Below, one piece after another: positions 1 through 15,277 of a stretch of 64,000 nucleotides of DNA. The notes beneath the pieces are model-generated. The model worked only from the letters and a program-made list of their open reading frames with translations. It had not been told where the DNA came from and made no database searches. Position numbers and translations under genes: made by a program. The DNA is taken from the NCBI GenBank assembly GCA_964016885.1, contig OZ024740.1, positions 146,630,001-146,694,000 of the forward strand, read 5' to 3'. The DNA is from Eledone cirrhosa. Taxonomy: Eukaryota. Numbering within the stretch: position 1 is the stretch's first letter; every line of letters begins with the position of its first letter.

Positions 1-3000
1 ACATTTTACCCAAATTAATTCCACCTCATTCAAACAACAATACATTTTACCCAAATTAATTCCACCTCATTCAAACAACAATACATTCTACCCAAATTAA
101 TTCCACCTCATTCAAACAACAATACATTTTACCCAAATTAATTCCACCTCATTCAAACAACAATACATTTTACCCAAATTAATTCCACATCATTCAAACA
201 ACAATACATTTTACCCAAATTAATTCCACCTCATTCAAACAACAGTACTTTTACCCAAATTAATTCCACCTCATTCAAACAACAGTACATTTTACCCAAA
301 TTAATTCCACCTCATTCAAACAACAATACATTCTACCCAAATTAATTCCACCTCATTCAAACAACAATATATTTTACCCAAATTAATTCCACCTCATTCA
401 AACAACAATATATTTTACCCAAATTAATTCCACCTCATTCAAACAACAATACATTTTACCCAAATTAATTCCACCTCATTCAAACAACAGTACTTTTACC
501 CAAATTAATTCCACCTCATTCAAACAACAGTACATTTTACCCAAATTAATTCCACCTCATTCAAACAACAATACATTTTACCCAAATTAATTCCACCTCA
601 TTCAAACAACAATAAATTTTACCCAAATTAATTTCACCTCATTCAAACAACAATACATTTTACCCCATTTAATTCCACCTCATTAAAACAACAATACATT
701 TTACCCAAATTAATTCCACCTCATTCAAACAACAATACATTTTACCCAAATTAATTCCACCTCATTCAAACAACAGTAAATTTTACCCAAATTAATTCCA
801 CCTCATTCAAACAACAATACATTTTACCCAAATTAATTCCACCTCATTCAAACAACAATACATTTTAACCAAATTAATTCCACCTCATTCAAACAACAAT
901 ACATTTTACCCAAATTTATTCCACCTCATTCAAACAACAGTGCATTTTACCCAAATTAATTCCACCTCATTCAAACAACAATACATTTTACCCAAATAAA
1001 TTCCACCTCATTCAAACAACAATACATTTTCCCCAAATTAATTCGACCTCATTCAAACAACAATACATTTTACCCAAATTAATTCCACCTCATTCAAACA
1101 ACAATACATTTTACCGAAATTAATTCCACCTCATTCAAACAACAATACATTTTACCCAAATTAATTCCACCTCATTCAAACAACAATATATTTTACCCAA
1201 ATTAATTCCACCTCATTCAAACAACAATACATTTTACCCAAATTAATTCCACCTCATTCAAACAACAGTACTTTTACCCAAATTAATTCCACCTCATTCA
1301 AACAACAGTACATTTTACCCAAATTAATTCCACCTCATTCAAACAACAATACATTTTACCCAAATTAATTCCACCTCATTCAAACAACAATACATTTTAC
1401 CCAAATTAATTTCACCTCATTCAAACAACAATACATTTTACCCCATTTAATTCCACCTCATTAAAACAACATACATTTTACCCAAATTAATTCCACCTCA
1501 TTCAAACAACAATACATTTTACCCAAATTAATTCCACCTCATTCAAACAACAGTAAATTTTACCCAAATTAATTCCACCTCATTCAAACAACAATACATT
1601 TTACCCAAATTAATTCCACCTCATTCAAACAACAATACATTTTACCCAAATTAATTCCACCTCATTCAAACAGCAGTACATTTTACCTAAATTAATTCCA
1701 CCTCATTCAAACAACGGTACATTTTACGCAAATTAATTCCACCTCATTCAAACAACAATACATTTTACCCAAATTAATTCCACCTCATTCAAACAACAAT
1801 ACATTTTACCCAAATTAATTCCACCTCATTCAAACAACAATACATTTTACCCAAATTAATTCCACCTCATTCAAACAACAATACATTTTACCCAAATTAA
1901 TTCCACCTCATTCAAACAACAATACATTTTACCCAAATTTATTCCACCTCATTCAAACAACAGTACATTTTACCCAAATTAATTCCACCTCATTCAAACA
2001 ACAATACATTTTACCCAAATAAATTCCACCTCATTCAAACAACAATACATTTTCCCCAAATTAATTCGACCTCATTCAAACAACAATACATTTTACCCAA
2101 ATTAATTCCACCTCATTCAAACAACAATACATTTTACCGAAATTAATTCCACCTCATTCAAACAACAATACATTTTACCCAAATTAATTCCACCTCATTC
2201 AAACAACAATATATTTTACCCAAATTAATTCCACCTCATTCAAACAACAATACATTTTACCCAAATTAATTCCACCTCATTCAAACAACAGTACTTTTAC
2301 CCAAATTAATTCCACCTCATTCAAACAACAGTACATTTTACCCAAATTAATTCCACCTCATTCAAACAACAATACATTTTACCCAAATTAATTCCACCTC
2401 ATTCAAACAACAATACATTTTACCCAAATTAATTTCACCTCATTCAAACAACAATACATTTTACCCCATTTAATTCCACCTCATTAAAACAACAATACAT
2501 TTTACCCAAATTAATTCCACCTCATTCAAACAACAATACATTTTACCCAAATTAATTCCACCTCATTCAAACAACAGTAAATTTTACCCAAATTAATTCC
2601 ACCTCATTCAAACAACAATACATTTTACCCAAATTAATTCCACCTCATTCAAACAACAATACATTTTACCCAAATTAATTCCACCTCATTCAAACAGCAG
2701 TACATTTTACCTAAATTAATTCCACCTCATTCAAACAACGGTACATTTTACGCAAATTAATTCGACCTCATTCAAACAACAATACATTTTACCCAAATTA
2801 ATTCCACCTCATTCAAACAACAATACATTTTACCCAAATTAATTCCACCTAATTCAAACAAAAGTACATTTAATCCAAATTAATTCTACCTCATTCAAAC
2901 AACAATACATTTTACCCAAATTAATTCCACCTCATTCAAACAACAATACATTTTACCCAAATTAATTCTACCTCATTCAAACAACAATACATAATACCCA

Positions 3001-6000
3001 AATTAATTCCACCTCATTCAAACAACAATACATTTTACCCAAATTAATTCCACCTCATTCAAGCACCAATACATTTTACCCAAATTAATTCCACCTCATT
3101 CAAACAACAATACATTTTACCCAAATTAATTCCATCTCATTCAAACAACAATACATAATACCCAAATTAACTCCACCTCATTCAAACAACAATACATTTT
3201 ACCCAAATTAATTCCACCTCATTTAAACAACAATACATAATACCCAAATTAATTCCACCTCATTCAAACAACAATACATTTAACCCAAATTAATTCCACT
3301 TCATTCAAACAACAATACATTTTACCCAAATTAATCCCACCTCATTCAAACAACAGTACATTTCATCCAAATTAATTCCACCTCATTCAAACAACAGTAC
3401 ATTTTACCCAAATTAATTCCATCTCATTCAAACAACAATCCATTTTACCCAAATTAATTCCACCTCATTCAAACAACAATAAATTTTACCCAAATTAACT
3501 CCACCTCATTCAAACAACAATACATTCTACCCAAATTAATTCCACCTCATTCAAACAACAATACATTTTACCCAAATTAATTCCACCTCATTCAAACAAC
3601 AATACATTTTACCCAAATTAATTCCACCTCATTCAAACAACAATACATTTTACCCAAATTAATTCCACCTCATTCAAACAACAGTACTTTTACCCAAATT
3701 AATTCCACCTCATTCAAACAACAGTACATTTTACCCAAATTAATTCCACCTCATTCAAACAACAATACATTTTACCCAAATTAATTCCACCTCATTCAAA
3801 CAACAATAAATTTTACCCAAATTAATTTCACCTCATTCAAACAACAATACATTTTACCCCATTTAATTCCACCTCATTAAAACAACAATACATTTTACCC
3901 AAATTAATTCCACCTCATTCAAACAACAATACATTTTACCCAAATTAATTCCACCTCATTCAAACAACAGTAAATTTTACCCAAATTAATTCCACCTCAT
4001 TCAAACAACAATACATTTTACCCAAATTAATTCCACCTCATTCAAACAACAATACATTTTACCCAAATTAATTCCACCTCATTCAAACAACAATACATTT
4101 TACCCAAATTTATTCCACCTCATTCAAACAACAGTACATTTTACCCAAATTAATTCCACCTCATTCAAACAACAATACATTTTACCCAAATAAATTCCAC
4201 CTCATTCAAACAACAATACATTTTCCCCAAATTAATTCGACCTCATTCAAACAACAATACATTTTACCCAAATTAATTCCACCTCATTCAAACAACAATA
4301 CATTTTACCGAAATTAATTCCACCTCATTCCAACAACAATACATTTTACCCAAATTAATTCCACCTCATTCAAACAACAATATATTTTACCCAAATTAAT
4401 TCCACCTCATTCAAACAACAATACATTTTACCCAAATTAATTCCACCTCATTCAAACAACAGTACTTTTACCCAAATTAATTCCACCTCATTCAAACAAC
4501 AGTACATTTTACCCAAATTAATTCCACCTCATTCAAACAACAATACATTTTACCCAAATTAATTCCACCTCATTCAAACAACAATAAATTTTACCCAAAT
4601 TAATTTCACCTCATTCAAACAACAATACATTTTACCCCATTTAATTCCACCTCATTAAAACAACAATACATTTTACCCAAATTAATTCCACCTCATTCAA
4701 ACAACAATACATTTTACCCAAATTAATTCCACCTCATTCAAACAACAGTAAAGTTTACCCAAATTAATTCCACCTCATTCAAACAACAATACATTTTACC
4801 CAAATTAATTCCACCTCATTCAAACAACAATACATTTTACCCAAATTAATTCCACCTCATTCAAACAACAGTAAATTTTACCCAAATTAATTCCACCTCA
4901 TTCAAACAACAATACATTTTACCCAAATTAATTCCACCTCATTCAAACAACAATACATTTTACCCAAATTAATTCCACCTCATTCAAACAACAATACATT
5001 TTACCCAAATTTATTCCACCTCATTCAAACAACAGTGCATTTTACCCAAATTAATTCCACCTCATTCAAACAACAATACATTTTACCCAAATAAATTCCA
5101 CCTCATTCAAACAACAATACATTTTCCCCAAATTAATTCGACCTCATTCAAACAACAATACATTTTACCCAAATTAATTCCACCTCATTCAAACAACAAT
5201 ACATTTTACCGAAATTAATTCCACCTCATTCAAACAACAATACATTTTACCCAAATTAATTCCACCTCATTCAAACAACAATATATTTTACCCAAATTAA
5301 TTCCACCTCATTCAAACAACAATACATTTTACCCAAATTAATTCCACCTCATTCAAACAACAGTACTTTTACCCAAATTAATTCCACCTCATTCAAACAA
5401 CAGTACATTTTACCCAAATTAATTCCACCTCATTCAAACAACAATACATTTTACCCAAATTAATTCCACCTCATTCAAACAACAATACATTTTACCCAAA
5501 TTAATTTCACCTCATTCAAACAACAATACATTTTACCCCATTTAATTCCACCTCATTAAAACAACATACATTTTACCCAAATTAATTCCACCTCATTCAA
5601 ACAACAATACATTTTACCCAAATTAATTCCACCTCATTCAAACAACAGTAAATTTTACCCAAATTAATTCCACCTCATTCAAACAACAATACATTTTACC
5701 CAAATTAATTCCACCTCATTCAAACAACAATACATTTTACCCAAATTAATTCCACCTCATTCAAACAGCAGTACATTTTACCTAAATTAATTCCACCTCA
5801 TTCAAACAACGGTACATTTTACGCAAATTAATTCCACCTCATTCAAACAACAATACATTTTACCCAAATTAATTCCACCTCATTCAAACAACAATACATT
5901 TTACCCAAATTAATTCCACCTCATTCAAACAACAATACATTTTACCCAAATTAATTCCACCTCATTCAAACAACAATACATTTTACCCAAATTAATTCCA

Positions 6001-9000
6001 CCTCATTCAAACAACAATACATTTTACCCAAATTTATTCCACCTCATTCAAACAACAGTACATTTTACCCAAATTAATTCCACCTCATTCAAACAACAAT
6101 ACATTTTACCCAAATAAATTCCACCTCATTCAAACAACAATACATTTTCCCCAAATTAATTCGACCTCATTCAAACAACAATACATTTTACCCAAATTAA
6201 TTCCACCTCATTCAAACAACAATACATTTTACCGAAATTAATTCCACCTCATTCAAACAACAATACATTTTACCCAAATTAATTCCACCTCATTCAAACA
6301 ACAATATATTTTACCCAAATTAATTCCACCTCATTCAAACAACAATACATTTTACCCAAATTAATTCCACCTCATTCAAACAACAGTACTTTTACCCAAA
6401 TTAATTCCACCTCATTCAAACAACAGTACATTTTACCCAAATTAATTCCACCTCATTCAAACAACAATACATTTTACCCAAATTAATTCCACCTCATTCA
6501 AACAACAATACATTTTACCCAAATTAATTTCACCTCATTCAAACAACAATACATTTTACCCCATTTAATTCCACCTCATTAAAACAACAATACATTTTAC
6601 CCAAATTAATTCCACCTCATTCAAACAACAATACATTTTACCCAAATTAATTCCACCTCATTCAAACAACAGTAAATTTTACCCAAATTAATTCCACCTC
6701 ATTCAAACAACAATACATTTTACCCAAATTAATTCCACCTCATTCAAACAACAATACATTTTACCCAAATTAATTCCACCTCATTCAAACAGCAGTACAT
6801 TTTACCTAAATTAATTCCACCTCATTCAAACAACGGTACATTTTACGCAAATTAATTCCACCTCATTCAAACAACAATACATTTTACCCAAATTAATTCC
6901 ACCTCATTCAAACAACAATACATTTTACCCAAATTAATTCCACCTAATTCAAACAAAAGTACATTTAATCCAAATTAATTCTACCTCATTCAAACAACAA
7001 TACATTTTACCCAAATTAATTCCACCTCATTCAAACAACAATACATTTTACCCAAATTAATTCTACCTCATTCAAACAACAATACATAATACCCAAATTA
7101 ATTCCACCTCATTCAAACAACAATACATTTTACCCAAATTAATTCCACCTCATTCAAGCACCAATACATTTTACCCAAATTAATTCCACCTCATTCAAAC
7201 AACAATACATTTTACCCAAATTAATTCCATCTCATTCAAACAACAATACATAATACCCAAATTAACTCCACCTCATTCAAACAACAATACATTTTACCCA
7301 AATTAATTCCACCTCATTTAAACAACAATACATAATACCCAAATTAATTCCACCTCATTCAAACAACAATACATTTAACCCAAATTAATTCCACTTCATT
7401 CAAACAACAATACATTTTACCCAAATTAATCCCACCTCATTCAAACAACAGTACATTTCATCCAAATTAATTCCACCTCATTCAAACAACAGTACATTTT
7501 ACCCAAATTAATTCCATCTCATTCAAACAACAATCCATTTTACCCAAATTAATTCCACCTCATTCAAACAACAATAAATTTTACCCAAATTAACTCCACC
7601 TCATTCAAACAACAATACATTCTACCCAAATTAATTCCACCTCATTCAAACAACAATACATTTTACCCAAATTAATTCCACCTCATTCAAACAACAATAC
7701 ATTTTACCCAAATTAATTCCACCTCATTCAAACAACAATACATTTTACCCAAATTAATTCCACCTCATTCAAACAACAGTACTTTTACCCAAATTAATTC
7801 CACCTCATTCAAACAACAGTACATTTTACCCAAATTAATTCCACCTCATTCAAACAACAATACATTTTACCCAAATTAATTCCACCTCATTCAAACAACA
7901 ATAAATTTTACCCAAATTAATTTCACCTCATTCAAACAACAATACATTTTACCCCATTTAATTCCACCTCATTAAAACAACAATACATTTTACCCAAATT
8001 AATTCCACCTCATTCAAACAACAATACATTTTACCCAAATTAATTCCACCTCATTCAAACAACAGTAAATTTTACCCAAATTAATTCCACCTCATTCAAA
8101 CAACAATACATTTTACCCAAATTAATTCCACCTCATTCAAACAACAATACATTTTACCCAAATTAATTCCACCTCATTCAAACAACAATACATTTTACCC
8201 AAATTTATTCCACCTCATTCAAACAACAGTACATTTTACCCAAATTAATTCCACCTCATTCAAACAACAATACATTTTACCCAAATAAATTCCACCTCAT
8301 TCAAACAACAATACATTTTCCCCAAATTAATTCGACCTCATTCAAACAACAATACATTTTACCCAAATTAATTCCACCTCATTCAAACAACAATACATTT
8401 TACCGAAATTAATTCCACCTCATTCAAACAACAATACATTTTACCCAAATTAATTCCACCTCATTCAAACAACAATATATTTTACCCAAATTAATTCCAC
8501 CTCATTCAAACAACAATACATTTTCCCCAAATTAATTCGACCTCATTCAAACAACAATACATTTTACCCAAATTAATTCCACCTCATTCAAACAACAATA
8601 CATTTTACCGAAATTAATTCCACCTCATTCAAACAACAATACATTTTACCCAAATTAATTCCACCTCATTCAAACAACAATATATTTTACCCAAATTAAT
8701 TCCACCTCATTCAAACAACAATACATTTTACCCAAATTAATTCCACCTCATTCAAACAACAGTACTTTTACCCAAATTAATTCCACCTCATTCAAACAAC
8801 AGTACATTTTACCCAAATTAATTCCACCTCATTCAAACAACAATACATTTTACCCAAATTAATTCCACCTCATTCAAACAACAATAAATTTTACCCAAAT
8901 TAATTTCACCTCATTCAAACAACAATACATTTTACCCCATTTAATTCCACCTCATTCAAACAACAATACATTTTACCCAAATTAATTCCACCTCATTCAA

Positions 9001-9171
9001 ACAACAGTAAAGTTTACCCAAATTAATTCCACCTCATTCAAACAACAATACATTTTACCCAAATTAATTCCACCTCATTCAAACAACAATACATTTTACC
9101 CAAATTAATTCCACCTCATTCAAACAACAATACATTTTACCCAAATTAATTCCACCTCATTCAAACAACAA
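1..9171. repeat. 41-bp tandem satellite (~224 copies; consensus acattttacccaaattaattccacctcattcaaacaacaat) with higher-order structure
   Basis: The monomer is read directly. Diagnostic variants recur at ~1023-bp and ~4095-bp spacings. The array runs off the left edge of the window. Confidence 0.98.
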
Positions 9172-9728
9172 CCAAATCCCCACGGCCACATAATATTTGA
9201 ATACCTATATTAAAGCTTCACAAACCATACATTTCTTTCTAAAACACACACACCAACCCGTTAAACTATTGTACATTGACAGGATGTCGTAATTGTATGT
9301 TAAGCTATTTAAAGCTGTAGTACATATTACAATATAAGCAATATTTTACTCATATACTTCAAGCCATTTTTCTATCTCAATATATATTTTTGTAACCCAC
9401 CACCCCCACGAAAAATTTGAAACATTTGGTTACAACATAATAGAAACACTGAATTATAAATGGAATGAAATAATGAAAAGAGACTCAACATACATTTGCT
9501 TTGAACATTTTAATTTTAAACTTTGGAGAAATAGCAATAGTTTCAATATATTTCCTTTCATATGTATACTACCAGACATTGATATATTAGTATATTGTAA
9601 TGGAATGTAATTTCATATAAAGAGAAGATTTAAAAAATGTGGTTTCAGATCCTCCAATTTGCAGTGAGAGACTCTAGGAAAAGAAAAATATTCTAAACAT
9701 CTGTCACGATCATGTTAAGTAATCATCC

Positions 9729-9886
9729 TTATTTACCGGCTTCCAAGAGCCTGCGAAGATCCATCGAAGTCAAACGCAGAGTTGGATTACGATTCCGTAT
9801 TTTCCTTAAGCCCATGGAGGTGTCTTTTTGCCGAGTATGCTCTAAAATGGAGGTCATGACATCCATATTATCCAAACCAGCGAATC
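9729..9886 (-). CDS. Terminal coding exon of a putative neuropeptide precursor (ELH/CRF/DH44-like, amidated C-terminus ...DLRRLLEA-GK*)
   Basis: Polypyrimidine tract plus cag acceptor at 9887-9889 (minus), phase 1. Encodes (R)FAGLDNMDVMTSILEHTRQKDTSMGLRKIRNRNPTLRLTSMDLRRLLEAGK-stop. Unique, non-repetitive sequence ending in a GK amidation signal. Confidence 0.6.
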
Positions 9887-10099
9887 CTGAAGCGAATGAA
9901 AAAGTTAAAAACAATTATTTACAGAATAAATAAATAAGAAATCAAAGTAACATTTAAGAAATCATCGTCTGCAACTCGTGACATGCTGAAACATTGGGTC
10001 TGTTAAGTTTTTGTCTATCTGTCAAACATACATATACACCAGGTCCAAATACAAAGGAACCAAACTCCCATTGTCACTGCCTCCGTCTCTTCTGCTTTC

Positions 10100-10310
10100 C
10101 TCTTCTCTCACTATTATGAGAATTTGGGGGCCCACGCGGGCCCGGTAGACAGAATAGAGAAGGCGTTTCCCCGGAGGATGGTGAGAGAAATGTGCTGGAA
10201 GAGCTATTGCAGCTCACGAGGCTCACCCCTGTGGCTAGCCAACTCTGTGCCGATGGTGGTGAGTAGGGAGGTGACCCTTAGGCCAAGGACACCAGCAGTC
10301 TCCACGTTGG
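10100..10310 (-). mobile_element. CRE-type (restriction-like endonuclease) non-LTR retrotransposon 3' remnant
   Basis: Minus-strand translation VETAGVLGLRVTSLLTTIGTELASHRGEPRELQ*LFQHISLTILRGNAFSIL matches the ETxG...QRGNA C-terminal pattern. It shares ~70 bp with 30570-30640. Confidence 0.7.
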
Positions 10311-10939
10311 AGTAGAACAACTTAAGTCAAGAATAATCTTGCCAATATCATTTTATCGTCATAACATCCACGAACAACAACAGCAGGATAGTATTTAAAA
10401 AAAATCTCTACTATTTCTACGATCTCTTAGCGAAAGTAAAGACAAACCATTGTCAGAAGACAGTTATATAATGACACATCAATTGCATATAACAGAAATA
10501 CCCCATCGTAAAGCTGAAGTACTTGGGGCAAGTGTAAATGTCTAGATATCAAAGTTAATATTCGATTGGATCTTTCAGTCTTTGATTCATAAAGGTGATA
10601 CTAATTCTATTTTCCTTTACTTGAAACTAGACGAACAATGATGCTTTAGAATATACATAAGTTAAATTAAAATAAAACAATATAAGATGTTTTTATAATA
10701 GAACTTTGAAACACGATACTATACCGTCACACTGATTGAGCGGATGTTATATTCTCAGCTATAGCACAAAGAGATTCAAGGAACACTGTAAACAATTATA
10801 GATTATCTCGACTACTAATATCTACTCATATTGGTCTAGAAATGATTAAATAAACTCCTCCAAAATTCAAGCATAATTTGTGAGAATTAATAAAAAATCA
10901 ATAAAATATTTAATGAATTAAACATTCATATATATATAT

Positions 10940-11244
10940 CGCTATTTCAGATCACCAATTCTAATTTTCAATTTTTGCTGGACCGGCAACAGCTCTGTAT
11001 AATCAGTTCCTGATTGTTACTGGAATTCTATAAGATTCCAACATTCATAATTTTCAGCAGACAAAGGGAGTGGTAAGCTCTGAAGAGTACCAACAGTACG
11101 AAACAGAGATCTGTCAGCTTTTCTCTCTTTGTTTGCTGAACAAAGAAGTAAGTGACATAGTCACTACTTTAAAACAGTAGCGTAATGTCTTCAAAATGCT
11201 TTTAATTAAGCATACAGTGTATTGCAAAATACACTATATATACA

Positions 11245-11250
<6 letters not shown>
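10940..11250 (+). mobile_element. Short non-coding hammerhead-bearing element (family A), flanked by (TA)n
   Basis: Homologous to inverted copies at 12835-13038 and 22395-22730. Carries an HHR and has no ORF. Confidence 0.8.
11075..11120 (+). ncRNA. Type I hammerhead ribozyme (family A)
   Basis: aagct-CTGAAGA-gtac caaca gtac-GAAA-cag agat ctg-TC-agctt. Canonical core, GUC triplet, stems I-III all pair. Confidence 0.9.
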
Positions 11251-11302
<52 letters not shown>

Positions 11303-11360
11303 TGTATATATAGTGTATTTTGCAATACACTGTATGCTTAATTAAAAGCATTAAAAGCAT

Positions 11361-12205
11361 AAAAGGCTACAAAATAAATTCCCAAATACGGGCGCGAAAT
11401 TTAATGAACTTGTTCACGTGACAGTATTAATTTCATTTATAACCAATCAAATTACATTTATTAAAAAAAAGCCTGCGTGAGCCACTTTTTTAAAGTAAAA
11501 AGAAATTCAAACAAACTTACGCGAAAGCTGATATACTTATTCACGTGACTACATCAACCAACCAAACTTCACTCATATATGAAAAAACAACCTGCTATAT
11601 TCACTGAACCAGTACAATTCTCCCATCCCATTTCTCTTGACCATTATCTTTTGTTTGTCATAAAATTCTCTAAAAGGCTACAAAATAAATTCCCAAATAC
11701 GGGCGCGAATTTAATGAACTTGTTCACGTGACAGCAATAATTTCATTTATAACCAATCAAATTACATTTATAAAAAAAAGCCTTCGTGAGCCCCTTTTTT
11801 AAGTAAAAAGAAATTGAAACACTCATATATGAAAAAACAACCTGAGCCCCCCCCTCTTGTTTGAAGAACTTTGTAACGCGAACTGGCGCGAAATTTATTA
11901 TACTTATTGATCAACCAATCAAATTACTTCTCTAAAACCCTGGCGTTTCGAGCCACTTTTTTCCATATAAAACAAGTAACATTCAAAGAACAAACAGATG
12001 TGAGAAAAACCACAGACCCTCCATCTCAACTCTACTTTTGAAAAGCAGAAGAACTGCGAAACAGGTAAAGGAACCAAATAAATATATATATTTTTTAAAA
12101 ATAAGACTCCAGTTGCATTTTCGATTTCATCTTTTTTCTTTATACATTCACTCGTGTAGGACACCTCGGTTATTTTTCATTTTGTAAAAAAACCTCACTT
12201 TCTAA
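11361..12205 (+). mobile_element. Unclassified repeat with internal duplication and repeated GGCGCGAA / CACGTGAC / CCAAT motifs
   Basis: 11361-11600 is partly duplicated at 11672-11845. A diverged inverted copy lies at 16868-17548. Strand is arbitrary. Confidence 0.7.
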
Positions 12206-12239
12206 TATATATATATATACATACATATATATATACATT

Positions 12240-12361
<122 letters not shown>

Positions 12362-12681
12362 GTAATAATAATAAAATTGAAGACTAAAATGCTATTGTTC
12401 TACACATATGACTTATTATCTTCGTTTTTTCGTTCATTGCCAGAGAACGTCTCTATGCACCACCTAAGAGAACATTAGTCTACGACCTCTTTTATACCAT
12501 AAACGTGGTTCTGTCTTTGCGCGTAATTGTTTTTCACCGCTCCTATTAATGACGTATTATTCGTTTTTTCCCGTTCTTTGCCAGCGAACGTTACCACGAA
12601 CCAAAGTATCGTCTTCCTGTCTTCCTCCGGTTGCAACGTTTTTTGAAATATCCAGTTCTGCGTTTACAAATTGACTTTGTT

Positions 12682-12732
12682 AGTTTCAGAAGATCCCGTT
12701 AAGGGTGAAAGCAGCGATTCTTTGCTTAAACT
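12682..12732 (+). ncRNA. Type I hammerhead ribozyme variant (U4A core) at the 3' end of a probable PLE tail (12362-12755)
   Basis: agttt-CAGAAGA-t ccc gttaa ggg t-GAAA-gca...tgc-TT-aaact. Confidence 0.65.
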
Positions 12733-12748
12733 TTAATCTGTTATTTTA

Positions 12749-12794
<46 letters not shown>

Positions 12795-12804
12795 AATATG
12801 TGTA

Positions 12805-12834
<30 letters not shown>

Positions 12835-12836
<2 letters not shown>

Positions 12837-13038
12837 GAATGTATATATAGTGTATTTTGCAATTCACTGTATGCTTAATTAAAAGCATTTTGAAGACCTT
12901 ACGCTAATGTTTTAAAATATTGACTATGTCACTTACTTCTTTTTTCAGCAAACAGAGGGAGAAAAGCTGACAGATCTCTGTTTCGTACTGTTGGTACTCT
13001 TCAGAGCTTACCACTCCCTTTGTCTGCTGAAAATTATA
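12835..13038 (-). mobile_element. Family A element, partial inverted copy with intact HHR at 12964-13009
   Basis: Near-identical reverse complement of 11048-11250, including the HHR. Confidence 0.85.
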
Positions 13039-13636
13039 TATATATATGTATATATATATAATATTTATATATGTATATATAGGTATATATATATATATGT
13101 ATATATATGTATATATATAATATATATATAATAAATATATATAATATATATATAATATATATATGTATAATATATATATATTATATATAATATATATATG
13201 ATATATATATTATATAATATATATATATAATATATATATAATATATATATATTATATATAATATATATACAATATATATATAATATATAATATATATATA
13301 ATAATAATATATATATATAATATATAATATATATATAATATATAATATATATATATTATATATAATATATATATAATAATAATATATATATATAATATAT
13401 AATATATATATAGTATATATATACAATATATATATATAATATATAATATATATACATATATATATTATATACATATATAATATATATAAATTATATATAT
13501 ATATGATATATATTTATATAATATATATATATATATATATATAATATATATATATATAATATATATATATATAATATATATATATATTATTTAAAATATT
13601 AATAAATGAGAAATATTATGATAACCAAAGTATATA

Positions 13637-13695
13637 TTTTATTATACATATTTCAAATGTACAATGGTGTTTCAGTACGTTTTCATCAGTTAAAA
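13637..13695 (-). ncRNA. Degenerate type I hammerhead (PLE pLTR-type, long stem II)
   Basis: Minus strand reads ttttaa-CTGATGA-aaacgtac...gtacattt-GAAA-tatgta-TA-ataaaa. Same architecture as 22865-22928 and 58548-58614. Confidence 0.6.
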
Positions 13696-13962
13696 TATAT
13701 AAGAGATTGGTTATACGACATACCCCTAATGTCTTGAATCTTCAATTCCTGTAGTGACTACCACTACATGTTGGAGTCAGTTCGATCATCAAATCGATCG
13801 TGTCTCGATCAGGTCGCCAGAGAAATGATTGTAATATGTCCAATAAATTCCATTCGTCGCAATACTGATTCTCTTTTTTTCTGTGATATCATACTTTGCT
13901 CTAAGAGAGCATCGAGTGCTCAAACGGCCTACCACATACGGACGCTTTAAGCATCCAACACC

Positions 13963-14012
<50 letters not shown>

Positions 14013-14166
14013 GGAAAAAATGAAACGAAATTTCATTTTTTCCGTTTATCGTTTTCAGTACCCCGGCCGATTAACTCACTCGATATGCAAATTGAGCTGC
14101 TCAGCCGTTAATATGCATAAGGAAAGTATATACTTTCAGACGTTCAATCATCTGGCAGGAAGGTAT

Positions 14167-14209
14167 ACGTTGCTGACGATAGCTAATAAGCTTGAAACTA
14201 GTGCAGCGT
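14167..14209 (+). ncRNA. Minimal hammerhead (family B), probably inactive GUG triplet
   Basis: acgttg-CTGACGA-t agct aata agct t-GAAA-ctag-TG-cagcgt. Confidence 0.7.
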
Positions 14210-14430
14210 TCCTTTGTCAATGTTGAACAAATGAGCAACGATGGTTGCTAGACACTGTACGGCTAAATACGGGATGTTTGTTTACAAACACACCGAGCAT
14301 TATAATAAATGTTTGGTGAATCCATACGTACATATATATATGTGTGCATGTATGTATATATATATACATACTACTGTACATCTGTATACATATATGTATG
14401 TACGTATACATGCTTTATATATATATAAAT

Positions 14431-14487
<57 letters not shown>

Positions 14488-14510
14488 AATATATATATGG
14501 CAGATGGGTA

Positions 14511-14555
14511 AACGGTGCTGATGATAGCTAACAAGCTTGAAACTAGTACATCGTT
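14511..14555 (+). ncRNA. Minimal type I hammerhead (family B) with palindromic stem III
   Basis: aacggtg-CTGATGA-t agct aaca agct t-GAAA-ctag-TA-catcgtt. Confidence 0.85.
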
Positions 14556-14704
14556 CCTGTGTCAGTGTTGAACAAAAAGGTGACGTGGTTGCCTTAACAC
14601 CGTATGGCATAAATTCAGGCTGTTCAGTTTGTTGACAAACGAACAAAGCGGCGTTATAATAAGCGACCGCTAAACTGATGCGTGCATATATGTATGTGTA
14701 CCTG

Positions 14705-14750
<46 letters not shown>

Positions 14751-14985
14751 TGCTACTGTACGTCTATATACATATATGTATGTACGTATACATACATACT
14801 TACATTTAAGTAAGTGCCATACTAAGAGTGAGAAATGAAATTTCGTTTTCATTTTTTTTCAACTGATCGTTTTCGGTATGCCTGACCGATTTAACTCACT
14901 CAATATGCAAATTAGGCTGCTCAGCCGTTAATTTTCATAAGGAAAGTATATACTTTCGAACGTTCAACTATCTGGCAGATGGGTA

Positions 14986-15030
14986 AACGGTGCTGATGAT
15001 AGCTAACAAGCTTGAAACTAGTACATCGTT
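14986..15030 (+). ncRNA. Minimal type I hammerhead (family B) with palindromic stem III
   Basis: Identical to 14511-14555. The two predicted cleavage sites are 475 nt apart. Confidence 0.85.
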
Positions 15031-15182
15031 CCTGTGTCAGTGTTGAACAAAAAGGTGACGTGGTTGCCTTAACACCGTATGGCATAAATTCAGGCTGTTC
15101 AGTTTGTTGACAAACGAACAAAGCGGCGTTATAATAGGCGTCCGCTAAACTGATGCGTGCATATATGTATGTGTACCTGTAC

Positions 15183-15277
<95 letters not shown>

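Noticed and set aside
1-9171. CRISPR-like regular array or telomere repeat
   Set aside because: There are no unique spacers and the context is eukaryotic. The CCCAAA resemblance to telomeric CCCTAA is one hexamer per 41 bp, too weak to call.
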